DNA from: Bacteroidales bacterium
GTDB taxonomy: Bacteria > Bacteroidota > Bacteroidia > Bacteroidales > VadinHA17
Direction of reading: 5' to 3'
Length of the DNA: 57,629 nt
Assembly (NCBI GenBank): GCA_034004335.1
Contig: JAVEWX010000003.1
Span: forward strand, 1 to 57,629
A program made the position numbers and the translations under genes. A model generated the notes under the pieces. It searched no databases and was not told the origin of the DNA. It was given only the letters and a program-made list of their open reading frames with translations. Shown piece after piece: positions 10,301 through 18,538 of the stretch (the first letter of the stretch is position 1; each line of letters starts with the position of its first letter).

Positions 10301-11308
10301 TTAGTGCATGATTCTGTAAACCAATTCCTTAAGGAGGTCTCCATGATCCGTGCCTCCATCTCCGACCCCCTTCGAACGCATATCATATAAGCGGAGAAGG
10401 CTGATCACAGAAACGGTCTTTGAAACACTATAGTTGCGGGCAGCAGTTTCATATTCCCTTACAAAAAAGGGATTCACCTTAAGAGCGGCCGCAACGGAAT
10501 TCTTAGTCCTGTCCTTCAGGCTATGATACATGAGTACCCTGGAGAAGTAGGAGAAAAGTACCGACAGGGTGAGAATCACAGGATTGTCTTTCGGATTCTG
10601 GGCGAAGTACTTGATTATCAGGTTTGCCTTTTCAATGTTTCTCTCTCCGATAGCCTTCTGCAATTCAAAATTATTGTAATCCTTGCTTATACCGATGCTC
10701 TTACCGACAATAGCCATATTAACGACCGGGTTAGCTTTTGGCAATGAGATGATCAGCTTATCAAGCTCATTCGCAATCTTCCCGAGGTCGGTGCCCAGGT
10801 ATTCCGTCAGCAGCTGTCCGGCTTCAGGCTCAATCTTTACGCCCCTGCCCATCAGGTAGTGATTGATCCATCCCGGAACCTGGTACTCATAAAGCCGTGG
10901 TGATTCAAAGAATACCCCCTTTTCTTCAAGTAATTTGTAAAGCCTTGTGCGTTTGTCAAGTTTCCTGTATTTGTAATTGATCACCAGGATGGTGGACAGG
11001 AGGGGGTTGTCGAGGTAAATTGCCAGGTCTTCAATTTTTTTAACAGTCTGGGCCTCCCTGACAATGATTACCTGGTGACTTGCCATCATCGGGAACCTTC
11101 TTGCCAGCTCAATTATGCCTGTAATGGTTGTATCATCGCCGTATACAATGTTCTGGTTGAAGTCCCTCTCTTCCGGCGTCAGAACGTTTTCCTCAATGAA
11201 CCTGGAGATCACGTCGATGTAATAGGGCTCCTCCCCGGCGAGAAAATAAACCGGCCTGTATGCCTTTTTCCTTATATCGGCTATTATTGATTCACAGGTG
11301 GTTGCCAT
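10301..11308 (-). CDS. holA: DNA polymerase III subunit delta
   Basis: 335 aa of HolA-like length and pattern (YFLAGEEPYYID ... clamp-loader delta fold). It is tightly packed between amn and gmhB. Confidence 0.75.
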   Translation of the reverse strand: MATTCESIIADIRKKAYRPVYFLAGEEPYYIDVISRFIEENVLTPEERDFNQNIVYGDDTTITGIIELARRFPMMASHQVIIVREAQTVKKIEDLAIYLDNPLLSTILVINYKYRKLDKRTRLYKLLEEKGVFFESPRLYEYQVPGWINHYLMGRGVKIEPEAGQLLTEYLGTDLGKIANELDKLIISLPKANPVVNMAIVGKSIGISKDYNNFELQKAIGERNIEKANLIIKYFAQNPKDNPVILTLSVLFSYFSRVLMYHSLKDRTKNSVAAALKVNPFFVREYETAARNYSVSKTVSVISLLRLYDMRSKGVGDGGTDHGDLLKELVYRIMH

Positions 11309-11310
11309 GG

Positions 11311-12081
11311 TCAGAATCTGAGGTGTTTTACCGAGATACCGTTATTCTTTATTTCAGTCAAAGCCTCAACCCCGATACGTATATGATCCTCAACGAACTG
11401 ATCGGTTACCCTCCTGTCGCTCTCTTCGGTCTTGATCCCTGTTGATATCATTGGTTGATCGGATGCCAGGAGAAGGGCACCCGAAGGTATTTCGTTGGCA
11501 AAACCAACGGTGAAGATTGTTGCTGTCTCCATATCGACGGCAAGGGCTCTGGTTTTGATCAGGTATTTTCTGAACCTCTCGTCGTACTCCCACACCCTGC
11601 GGTTCGTGGTCAGTACCGTACCGGTCCAGTACTCCTTGTTCATCCTGGTTATCGCTGCCGATACTGCGCTCTGGAGTTTGAATGCCGGCAGGGCAGGGAC
11701 CTCCTGAGGAAGGTAATCATTTGAAGTACCGTCACTTCTTATGGCCGCTATGGGCAGTATGAAATCTCCCAGCTTATTCTTGCTCTTGAGAGCTCCGCAC
11801 TTGCCAAGGAAAAGCACAGCCTGCGGGCTGACAGCACTGAGAAGATCCATTACAGTGGCAGCGTTGGGACTCCCCATGCCAAAGTTGATGATGGTTATTC
11901 CATTATTTGATGCACTGGGCATGTTTCGCGTACGACCTTCCACATCAACATTATAGAGTTTCGCGAACAGCTCGACATAGTACATAAAATTGGTCAGCAG
12001 GATGTATTTACCGAATGATTCCACAGGTTTGCCCGTATACCGGGGCAGCCAGTTGGCTACTATCTCTTCTTTGGTTTTCAT
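11311..12081 (-). CDS. amn: AMP nucleosidase (short Bacteroidota form; PNP/UDP phosphorylase fold)
   Basis: 256 aa. The N-terminus MKTKEEIVANWLPRYTG and the segments GMGSPNAATVMDLL, GKCG and VDMETATIF are recognisable for this family. Confidence 0.75.
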   Translation of the reverse strand: MKTKEEIVANWLPRYTGKPVESFGKYILLTNFMYYVELFAKLYNVDVEGRTRNMPSASNNGITIINFGMGSPNAATVMDLLSAVSPQAVLFLGKCGALKSKNKLGDFILPIAAIRSDGTSNDYLPQEVPALPAFKLQSAVSAAITRMNKEYWTGTVLTTNRRVWEYDERFRKYLIKTRALAVDMETATIFTVGFANEIPSGALLLASDQPMISTGIKTEESDRRVTDQFVEDHIRIGVEALTEIKNNGISVKHLRF

Positions 12082-12089
12082 GGTAAGGT

Positions 12090-12653
12090 GTGGCTTTATT
12101 TTTCACTATATTTGCAGGTGCAGCCGGGCTGGTCGTGACGGTAATTCTTGCACCCAAAAATAACAAAAAAACAACCTTGAAACAGTTAAATCTGCCGGGA
12201 TATTCGTTCAGGATCATCGAAGACGATGGTTTCCGTAAGATCTTCGACTCAGTAAGGAAGAAGTTTGTGAAACTGACTCCCGAAGAATGGGTCCGGCAGA
12301 ATTTTATTACTTACCTGGTAAGAATCCTCGGTTATCCTGTCGGACTGATAGCCGTTGAAAAGGCATTCAGGTGGAACCGTTTTAACCGCAGAACGGATAT
12401 ACTGGTTCACAACAGGAGGGGGATGCCTGTCATGCTGATTGAATGCAAGGCACCTGACGTGAGAATCAATGCCGGTGTGTTCGACCAGGTTGTATGTTAC
12501 AACATGAAACTTAACGTGCCATTGCTGGTGGTTACCAACGGTATTGCTCATTATGCCTGCAGAGTTGATGGTGAACCGGGGAATTACACCTTCCTTGAGA
12601 CTCTGCCTCCCTACACTGAGATCGATAATATAATTCCCCCATGCGATGATTGA
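12090..12653 (+). CDS. Type I restriction enzyme HsdR N-terminal domain-containing protein (stand-alone PD-(D/E)xK-like)
   Basis: The conserved core is LNLPGYSFRI ... LTPEEWVRQNF ... DILV ... IECK. The true start is probably downstream of 12090. In-frame TTG at 12177 would give MKQLNLPGY..., and GTG at 12135 is also possible. Confidence 0.6.
   Translation: MALFFTIFAGAAGLVVTVILAPKNNKKTTLKQLNLPGYSFRIIEDDGFRKIFDSVRKKFVKLTPEEWVRQNFITYLVRILGYPVGLIAVEKAFRWNRFNRRTDILVHNRRGMPVMLIECKAPDVRINAGVFDQVVCYNMKLNVPLLVVTNGIAHYACRVDGEPGNYTFLETLPPYTEIDNIIPPCDD
12107..12114 (+). promoter_or_regulatory. Bacteroidota -7-type promoter box (TATATTTG)
   Basis: Exact match to the TAnnTTTG consensus. It lies inside the first 25 nt of the 12090 ORF, which argues for a downstream start for that gene. 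Confidence 0.3.
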
Positions 12654-13647
12654 CGTATCCTGCGCAATCATCAGGAACGAGTCTATGGAAGTACTTGTTG
12701 TACAGAGGGGTGCAGCATGCGACCATCCATACAGGTGGGAATTTCCGGGAGGTAAGGTCGATGCCGGTGAAACTGCCGAAGATTCGGTTATCCGCGAAGT
12801 GGCTGAGGAGCTTGATCTGGAGATAGTGGTTACGGGCATGCTCGAACCCGTTGAACATGATTATGGTCACAAGCAGATAAGGCTTATACCATTTATTTGC
12901 GATACCCTCGACGAAAAACCTGTTCTGCATGAGCACATAGCATATAGATGGATCAATGTTGCCAACCTGGCAGGTGTCGATTTCCCGGAAGCTGATGTTT
13001 TCGTTGCCGATGCCTACCGGACCATATTCCCCGGTAGTGTTTCAGATGAAGAGCCGGCAGGGGAGGCAGAAACACAGGATACCCATGAAACTGTCACTGC
13101 CGTAAGTGATGAAGAGCTGAAATCAATGATTTACAGGATGACGGGCTCTTCGGAGGTCGGATGGATTGCCTCATCGGCGGCCTCCAATTCATTACTATTC
13201 AGGAAACTGCTCGATTTCACGGAAGAGGATGACACCAGGCTGGTATTCCGCGCCTCATGGGCCCTGACAAAGACCTGCGAACTCGACCCGGCCCTGATGA
13301 AACCGGTACTGCCGGTAATAGTCGATAAACTCCTCAGAACATCAAACGAAAGTGCAGAAAGGTCGTTCCTGAAGATACTTTCCCTTACGGGAACATCGGA
13401 ACTTGACGAAAAGACCCAGGGTAGGCTGGTGGATCACTGTTTTTCACTGCTGCGATCGCGAACATCAGCCATTGCTGTTAAGGTATATTCAATGGATGTG
13501 CTTTATGAAATATCAAAACGTTTTCCCGGGCTTGTGCATGAACTGGCAGCCGTAATGGGAATGCTGCCTGATGATGCGCCCGATGGGGTTAAGGCAAAAT
13601 GCAGGTCAGTGATCCGTAAACTTGGCTCTGAACCGAAGCAGGAGTGA
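12646..13647 (+). CDS. NUDIX hydrolase (MutT-like) fused to a helical-repeat C-terminal domain of about 190 aa
   Basis: The N-terminal ~130 aa carry a Nudix box (GGKVDAGETAEDSVIREVAEELDL). The C-terminal half is helix-rich and looks like HEAT/ARM repeats. The start overlaps the upstream stop by 8 nt (ATGATTGA). Confidence 0.75.
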   Translation: MIDVSCAIIRNESMEVLVVQRGAACDHPYRWEFPGGKVDAGETAEDSVIREVAEELDLEIVVTGMLEPVEHDYGHKQIRLIPFICDTLDEKPVLHEHIAYRWINVANLAGVDFPEADVFVADAYRTIFPGSVSDEEPAGEAETQDTHETVTAVSDEELKSMIYRMTGSSEVGWIASSAASNSLLFRKLLDFTEEDDTRLVFRASWALTKTCELDPALMKPVLPVIVDKLLRTSNESAERSFLKILSLTGTSELDEKTQGRLVDHCFSLLRSRTSAIAVKVYSMDVLYEISKRFPGLVHELAAVMGMLPDDAPDGVKAKCRSVIRKLGSEPKQE

Positions 13648-13670
13648 AAACAGTTCCCGTGGCTGAAATT

Positions 13671-15125
13671 TCAGCGTTCTCTTATCCACCCGGAGATAAT
13701 CTCAAGAACCTCTGAGGAAAAGGTCTCCTCAATGGTTCCGTATTCGCCCGGCAAACCAGTGGTGCAGTGTTGAAAAAGATGGTTAAGGCCCGGGAAGATA
13801 ATGACCCTGTAAGAATCCGAACCTCCTTCGCTGAGGGCCTTTGCTATTCCTTCAGTGTTTATTGCGGCATTTACCTGAAGGTCCTTTTCCCCGTTGAGAA
13901 TAAGTACCGGACAACTGACTGCTTTCCAGAGATCTGAGGGTTCTGTAACCATGAAGTATCTGAGCCACGGGTATGAATCATTCAGCAGATTGATCTTTAC
14001 GGTGGTGATTCTTTCCTCTATGATTTCATCCTGAACATCGGCTTTTATTAGCTCCCTGCGGAGGGTTTTGACCAGTTTTTCTTCCGCTTCCTGGCTGCCT
14101 GGGTTCTTCCGTACAATCTTATACAACTTTTCATTTATCTTCTTTGCCGTTTGAATATCCTCCTCACTGTTACCCATTGCACGGCTAATTTCCTCAGCCT
14201 GCCTGAGCATCAGTTCCCTCCCGTTAACGCCGGGTCCGGCGAGCGATACTATCCAGGCCACCTTCGGTTCCCTCGAGGCCAGCAGTGGTGCTATCAACCC
14301 GCCTTCGCTGTGCCCTATCAGGCCGGTTTTGTTTTTGTCAATCTCCTTTCTCGATTGAAGAAAATTGAATGCTGCCTGGGCATCGGTTGAAAGATCGGCG
14401 CTGGTAGCCCCAGCGAACACACCCCCTGACTTTCCGGTACCGCGGTCATCGTATCTCAGCACGGCAATCCCGTTGCGTGTCAGGTGATCTGCTATTACGG
14501 CGAACGGTTTGTGCCCCATGAGTTCCTCGTCCCTGTTCTGGGGCCCTGAGCCTGAGATGAGAACAGCGGCCGGGAAAGGGCCCGGTCCATAGGGCAGGGT
14601 CAGCGTGCCCGACAGCGCAAAACCACCCCCTTCATTTATGATTGATACCTCCTCAACCCTGTATGTGAAGGGCGGTTTGGGCTCCTGTGGCCTGTTGAGC
14701 CTGAAGGGGGCATCCTGCTTTTCCATGTTGAGTTGAAACGACTGACCCATCTGCTCCCATGTTCCTTCAAGGCTACGTTCCCCTTTTATTAAACCTGAAT
14801 ATTTTCCTCCCAGCAGCTGAGCGTTGATTATAATGCTGTCACCTCTAAGGTGAACGGTTCCCATGGGGACTATTACTGATCCCTGATCAGGACTTTCAAG
14901 GCTTGCCTTGAGTGAGTCCTGTTCATTGATCGAAAAGTTGAAGACCAGCCTTAGGTACAGGGCCCCGGCTTCGATCCTGCCCATCCAGGTTCCTTCCAGT
15001 ATCTCCATCTTAGCGCGATCCTGTGCTGAGATTTTCGGTGCCAGTAGCAGTGCTGAAAGCATCAGCACTATTGTAAAGATCGCTTTTTGCCCATAGAGAG
15101 GTTTCATAGTTGAATTTTTATGCAT
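13671..15125 (-). CDS. Secreted alpha/beta hydrolase (serine hydrolase)
   Basis: 484 aa with a signal peptide. The nucleophile elbow GHSEGG is present, and the C-terminal NHLF region supplies a candidate catalytic His. Confidence 0.7.
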   Translation of the reverse strand: MHKNSTMKPLYGQKAIFTIVLMLSALLLAPKISAQDRAKMEILEGTWMGRIEAGALYLRLVFNFSINEQDSLKASLESPDQGSVIVPMGTVHLRGDSIIINAQLLGGKYSGLIKGERSLEGTWEQMGQSFQLNMEKQDAPFRLNRPQEPKPPFTYRVEEVSIINEGGGFALSGTLTLPYGPGPFPAAVLISGSGPQNRDEELMGHKPFAVIADHLTRNGIAVLRYDDRGTGKSGGVFAGATSADLSTDAQAAFNFLQSRKEIDKNKTGLIGHSEGGLIAPLLASREPKVAWIVSLAGPGVNGRELMLRQAEEISRAMGNSEEDIQTAKKINEKLYKIVRKNPGSQEAEEKLVKTLRRELIKADVQDEIIEERITTVKINLLNDSYPWLRYFMVTEPSDLWKAVSCPVLILNGEKDLQVNAAINTEGIAKALSEGGSDSYRVIIFPGLNHLFQHCTTGLPGEYGTIEETFSSEVLEIISGWIRER

Positions 15126-15223
15126 TAGAATGATAAAGATAAAAATTTTGTACTTACGCCGCGATTACCAGGTTCTCTTCCGATAATATTTACGTCCTGT
15201 TTTGGCTATTCTCCTCATATGAC

Positions 15224-15231
15224 TACTTTTG
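15224..15231 (+). promoter_or_regulatory. Bacteroidota -7-type promoter box (TACTTTTG) upstream of yedF-selD
   Basis: Exact TAnnTTTG match, 19 nt upstream of the yedF ATG. Confidence 0.35.
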
Positions 15232-15249
15232 TGGATTATCTCCTGAAAC

Positions 15250-15864
15250 ATGAAAACTGTTGATGCCCGTGGGATGCCATGTCCCCTGCCGATTATTGAA
15301 ACGAAAAAAGCCCTCAGGGAGTCAGATGCTGAAGAGATACTCCGGGTGCTGATAGATAATGAAACATCCCTGGGAAATGTTTGCAGGTTCCTTGAAGACA
15401 ATGGCTGTACATACAGGAAGAGAAAGGAGTCGGGATACTGGAGTCTTGAGGTGGCAAGGGGGGCTGTGGCCCTGTCAGAAAGGCCTGAAGATGAATACTG
15501 CAATATTCCGGCTGCTGAAAATGCCAGGAGTGGATATGTGGTAGCACTGACATCGGAAGCCATGGGCACAGGTGATGAAACACTGGGTAAAAGACTCATG
15601 ACCTCCTTTGTGAATATACTGACTGAGCTTGATACCCTTCCATCTGCCGTTGTATGCTATAATTCAGGCGTAAAGCTGGCTCTGCCAGGGTCGCCGGTGG
15701 TTGAAACACTGACCGAACTTGAAAAGAGAGGTGTTGATGTTATATTGTGTGGAACCTGCGCCGATTACTTCGAAATAAAGGGGAAAACCATTGTCGGCCG
15801 AATTGGTGATATGTACCTGATTGCCGGTAAGATGGCTGAGGCCCCCATGGTGTTAAGGCCTTGA
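15250..15864 (+). CDS. yedF: Selenium metabolism protein YedF (TusA/SirA-like plus DsrE-like domains)
   Basis: 204 aa. The N-terminal motif DARGMPCPLPII is the CPxP motif of TusA-like proteins. The C-terminal part looks DsrE-like, and the gene is immediately upstream of selD. Confidence 0.8.
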   Translation: MKTVDARGMPCPLPIIETKKALRESDAEEILRVLIDNETSLGNVCRFLEDNGCTYRKRKESGYWSLEVARGAVALSERPEDEYCNIPAAENARSGYVVALTSEAMGTGDETLGKRLMTSFVNILTELDTLPSAVVCYNSGVKLALPGSPVVETLTELEKRGVDVILCGTCADYFEIKGKTIVGRIGDMYLIAGKMAEAPMVLRP

Positions 15865-15936
15865 TATTTAATATCATGAAGGATAATCATAAATAGGGTA
15901 CTGCCGGCTGAATAGCGAAAATATCAAATTTGAATC

Positions 15937-16980
15937 ATGAAAGTTGATTTGCTTGAATTTACTGAAAGCGGAGGGTGTTCGGCAAAGATATCCCCTGCAC
16001 AACTCGAGGAGGTGCTTAAGTTGTTGCCGGTTGTTACCGATCCTTCCGTCCTTGTTGATATATCAACCCACGATGATGCCGGTGTTTACAGGATTAGTGA
16101 TGACCTTGCCCTTGTACTTACCACTGACTTTTTCCCCCCTGTGTGCAGCGACCCCTATGAGTTTGGTCAGATTGCAGCGGCAAATTCATTGAGTGATGTT
16201 TATGCAATGGGGGCAAAGCCGGTAGTTGCCCTTAATATAATGATGTTCCCGGCATCCAGGCTGCCCATAGAAGCCTATGCTGATATTCTGAAGGGTGGCT
16301 ATGACAAGGCTGCAGAGGCGGGGGTATCCATAATAGGGGGTCATACTATCGATGATGCTGTTCCTAAATATGGGCTGGCAGTTACGGGATTTGTGAATCC
16401 TTCAGCGATAGTCACAAACGCTGCTATTAAGCACGGCGACCTTCTGGTACTCACCAAACCCATCGGCACGGGAACCATCCTTGCTGCCTCCCGTCTGGGT
16501 ATGGCAAAAGATGAGGATGTAAGCTCTGCACTGACGCAGATGAAGATGCTAAACGACAGGGCTGCTGCAATAATGACCGCTGCAGGTGTTAAGGCTGCGA
16601 CAGATATTACCGGATTCGGCCTCGCGGGTCATGCCCTTAAGATGGCCAGGGCGTCAGGGGTGAGTATTTACCTGAACATGTTATCGGTTCCTCTCCTTGG
16701 CGATGTGCTGGGCTATACCGATGCCGGATGCATTCCCGGAGCCTCTTTCAGGAACCTGGCATTCGCGGAACCCGACACCGCCTTTGATGAAAAGCTCGAT
16801 TACAACCACCGCATGATTGCATTCGATGCCCAGACATCAGGTGGCTTGCTTATGGGTGTAAAACCGGGAATTGCCGTTGAGATGATTGAAGAACTAAAGG
16901 CAGAAGGAAATACGCATTCAGCTGTTGTTGGCCATGTGGAGAAACTGGCTGGCAGATACCTATATTTGAATAATTGTTAA
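15937..16980 (+). CDS. selD: Selenide, water dikinase (selenophosphate synthetase), Cys-type
   Basis: 347 aa. The N-terminal active-site loop SGGCSAKI carries Cys rather than Sec. The rest has the AIR-synthase-like fold pattern (DDAGV, TTDFF, NIMMFP). Confidence 0.9.
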   Translation: MKVDLLEFTESGGCSAKISPAQLEEVLKLLPVVTDPSVLVDISTHDDAGVYRISDDLALVLTTDFFPPVCSDPYEFGQIAAANSLSDVYAMGAKPVVALNIMMFPASRLPIEAYADILKGGYDKAAEAGVSIIGGHTIDDAVPKYGLAVTGFVNPSAIVTNAAIKHGDLLVLTKPIGTGTILAASRLGMAKDEDVSSALTQMKMLNDRAAAIMTAAGVKAATDITGFGLAGHALKMARASGVSIYLNMLSVPLLGDVLGYTDAGCIPGASFRNLAFAEPDTAFDEKLDYNHRMIAFDAQTSGGLLMGVKPGIAVEMIEELKAEGNTHSAVVGHVEKLAGRYLYLNNC

Positions 16981-16995
16981 CCAAATCAGAAAGCG

Positions 16996-18459
16996 ATGAA
17001 AAAGTTCCTGCAGATTCTTCTCTGGGCAATTGTTGTAGTGTTGCTGGTGGTAGTAATTAAAGCTTTCGCTTTCAGCTCAAAGCAGATAACAGTTTGGGAA
17101 ACAGCGGTTCAGCCTGTAGGGGCAGAAGCAGCTGACAGGCTTGCCGGCGCTGTACGGATACCGACCATATCATATGAGGTTGGCCTGCCCGTCGATACCA
17201 GCGCCTTCAGGTCTTTTCACGATTATCTTTCCACAACATATCCCCTGACACATGAACTTATGACTCCGCTGGTTTTCAATGAGTTCAGTCTTCTTTATAT
17301 GTGGCAGGGAACCAACGCCGCTCTCAAGCCGGTGGTGTTGATGGCTCACATGGACGTAGTACCTGCCGGCGAAGAGCACCTCTGGGATAAGCCCCCTTTT
17401 TCAGGCGAGAATGACGGAACATTTATTTGGGGAAGGGGTACCCTCGATGACAAGGGTGCACTCATCCAGATCTTCGAAGCAGTGGAAAAACTCATCTCTG
17501 AAGGTTTCAAACCAGCCCGTACATTTTACCTTTCCTTCGGGCACGATGAAGAAATTTCGGGGATGTTCGGGGCTCATACCATAGCCTCATATCTTGAGGG
17601 GCAGGGTGTGGATGCGGAGTTTGTGGCAGACGAGGGCATGGCAGTCACGGTAGGAATGGTTCCCATGATGAGCAAACCGGTAGCCTTGATAGGCACATCT
17701 GAGAAAGGATATTTGTCGGTCAGGCTCTCTGTTGAAATGAATGGAGGACATTCCTCGACACCCGAAAAGGAAACGGCTGTGACCGCTATCGCTGATGCCG
17801 TTTCAAGGCTTAATGACAGGCAACTCAAGCCCGGGATTTCAGAGCCTGTAAATGATTTTATCAGGCATGTGGGACCCGAGATGCCTTTTTATGCAAGGGC
17901 GATTTTTGCAAATAAGTGGATATTCAAGCCGTTGTTGATAAAAATCTATACCGGAAGCGGTTCGGGGAACGCCCTTGTAAGGACAACGACTGCGCCCACA
18001 ATCATCTCGGCAGGGGTGAAGGATAATGTCATACCCGGAACGGCAGAGGCTGTAATAAACTTCAGAATCATTGCGGGTGAGACTACCGATGACGTGCTTC
18101 AGCATATCAGGAAAGTAGTAAACGATGATCGTGTCAGCATTGAAGTATTGCCGGGATCGGGCGAACCCGCCCCCGTATCGCCCGTCGATGTCTACGGATT
18201 CAGGAGCATATTGAAGACCATACGCCAGGTATATCCTGATGCCGTTGTCTCACCAACTATGATGCTGGCCTCTTCTGACAGCAAACATTTCTCAGGGGTC
18301 AGCAGGAACATATACCGTTTTGCACCGATAATTGTCAATTCGGAAGACATGGCCCGGATTCACGGGGCGAATGAGAGGGTGAAGATCGATGATTTTCTTA
18401 AGGGCATTACATATTATTACTACCTCATCAGGAACAGTAACGATGAAGAGCCGGATTGA
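16996..18459 (+). CDS. M20 family metallopeptidase (membrane-anchored or secreted)
   Basis: 487 aa with an N-terminal TM/signal segment. M20 metal-ligand motifs are present: MAHMDVVP, GRGTLDDKG, GHDEE. Confidence 0.8.
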   Translation: MKKFLQILLWAIVVVLLVVVIKAFAFSSKQITVWETAVQPVGAEAADRLAGAVRIPTISYEVGLPVDTSAFRSFHDYLSTTYPLTHELMTPLVFNEFSLLYMWQGTNAALKPVVLMAHMDVVPAGEEHLWDKPPFSGENDGTFIWGRGTLDDKGALIQIFEAVEKLISEGFKPARTFYLSFGHDEEISGMFGAHTIASYLEGQGVDAEFVADEGMAVTVGMVPMMSKPVALIGTSEKGYLSVRLSVEMNGGHSSTPEKETAVTAIADAVSRLNDRQLKPGISEPVNDFIRHVGPEMPFYARAIFANKWIFKPLLIKIYTGSGSGNALVRTTTAPTIISAGVKDNVIPGTAEAVINFRIIAGETTDDVLQHIRKVVNDDRVSIEVLPGSGEPAPVSPVDVYGFRSILKTIRQVYPDAVVSPTMMLASSDSKHFSGVSRNIYRFAPIIVNSEDMARIHGANERVKIDDFLKGITYYYYLIRNSNDEEPD

Positions 18460-18497
18460 AAGGGTCGCTCCATGCCGGTTCCAGGTTAAAATACATG

Positions 18498-18532
18498 AAA
18501 AAAATCCCGGATTGAATGTCCGGGATTTTTTC
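18498..18532. terminator. Bidirectional intrinsic terminator between convergent genes
   Basis: The sequence is aaaaaa-tcccgga-ttgaatg-tccggga-tttttt. The stem pairs 18505-18511 with 18519-18525. An A-run precedes it and a T-run follows. Confidence 0.65.
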
Positions 18533-18538
18533 TGAGGT

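Noticed and set aside
12090-12653. Type I restriction-modification system, or a defence island, suggested by the HsdR N-terminal domain.
   Set aside because: Only the small stand-alone N-terminal nuclease-fold domain is present. There is no helicase/ATPase part of HsdR and no hsdM or hsdS. The neighbours are housekeeping genes.
15250-18459. Selenocysteine recoding: an in-frame TGA splitting an ORF, considered because selD and yedF are present.
   Set aside because: I found no pair of same-strand, same-frame adjacent ORFs separated by a single TGA in the ORF track. SelD itself has Cys at the active-site loop. A proper SECIS search was not possible.
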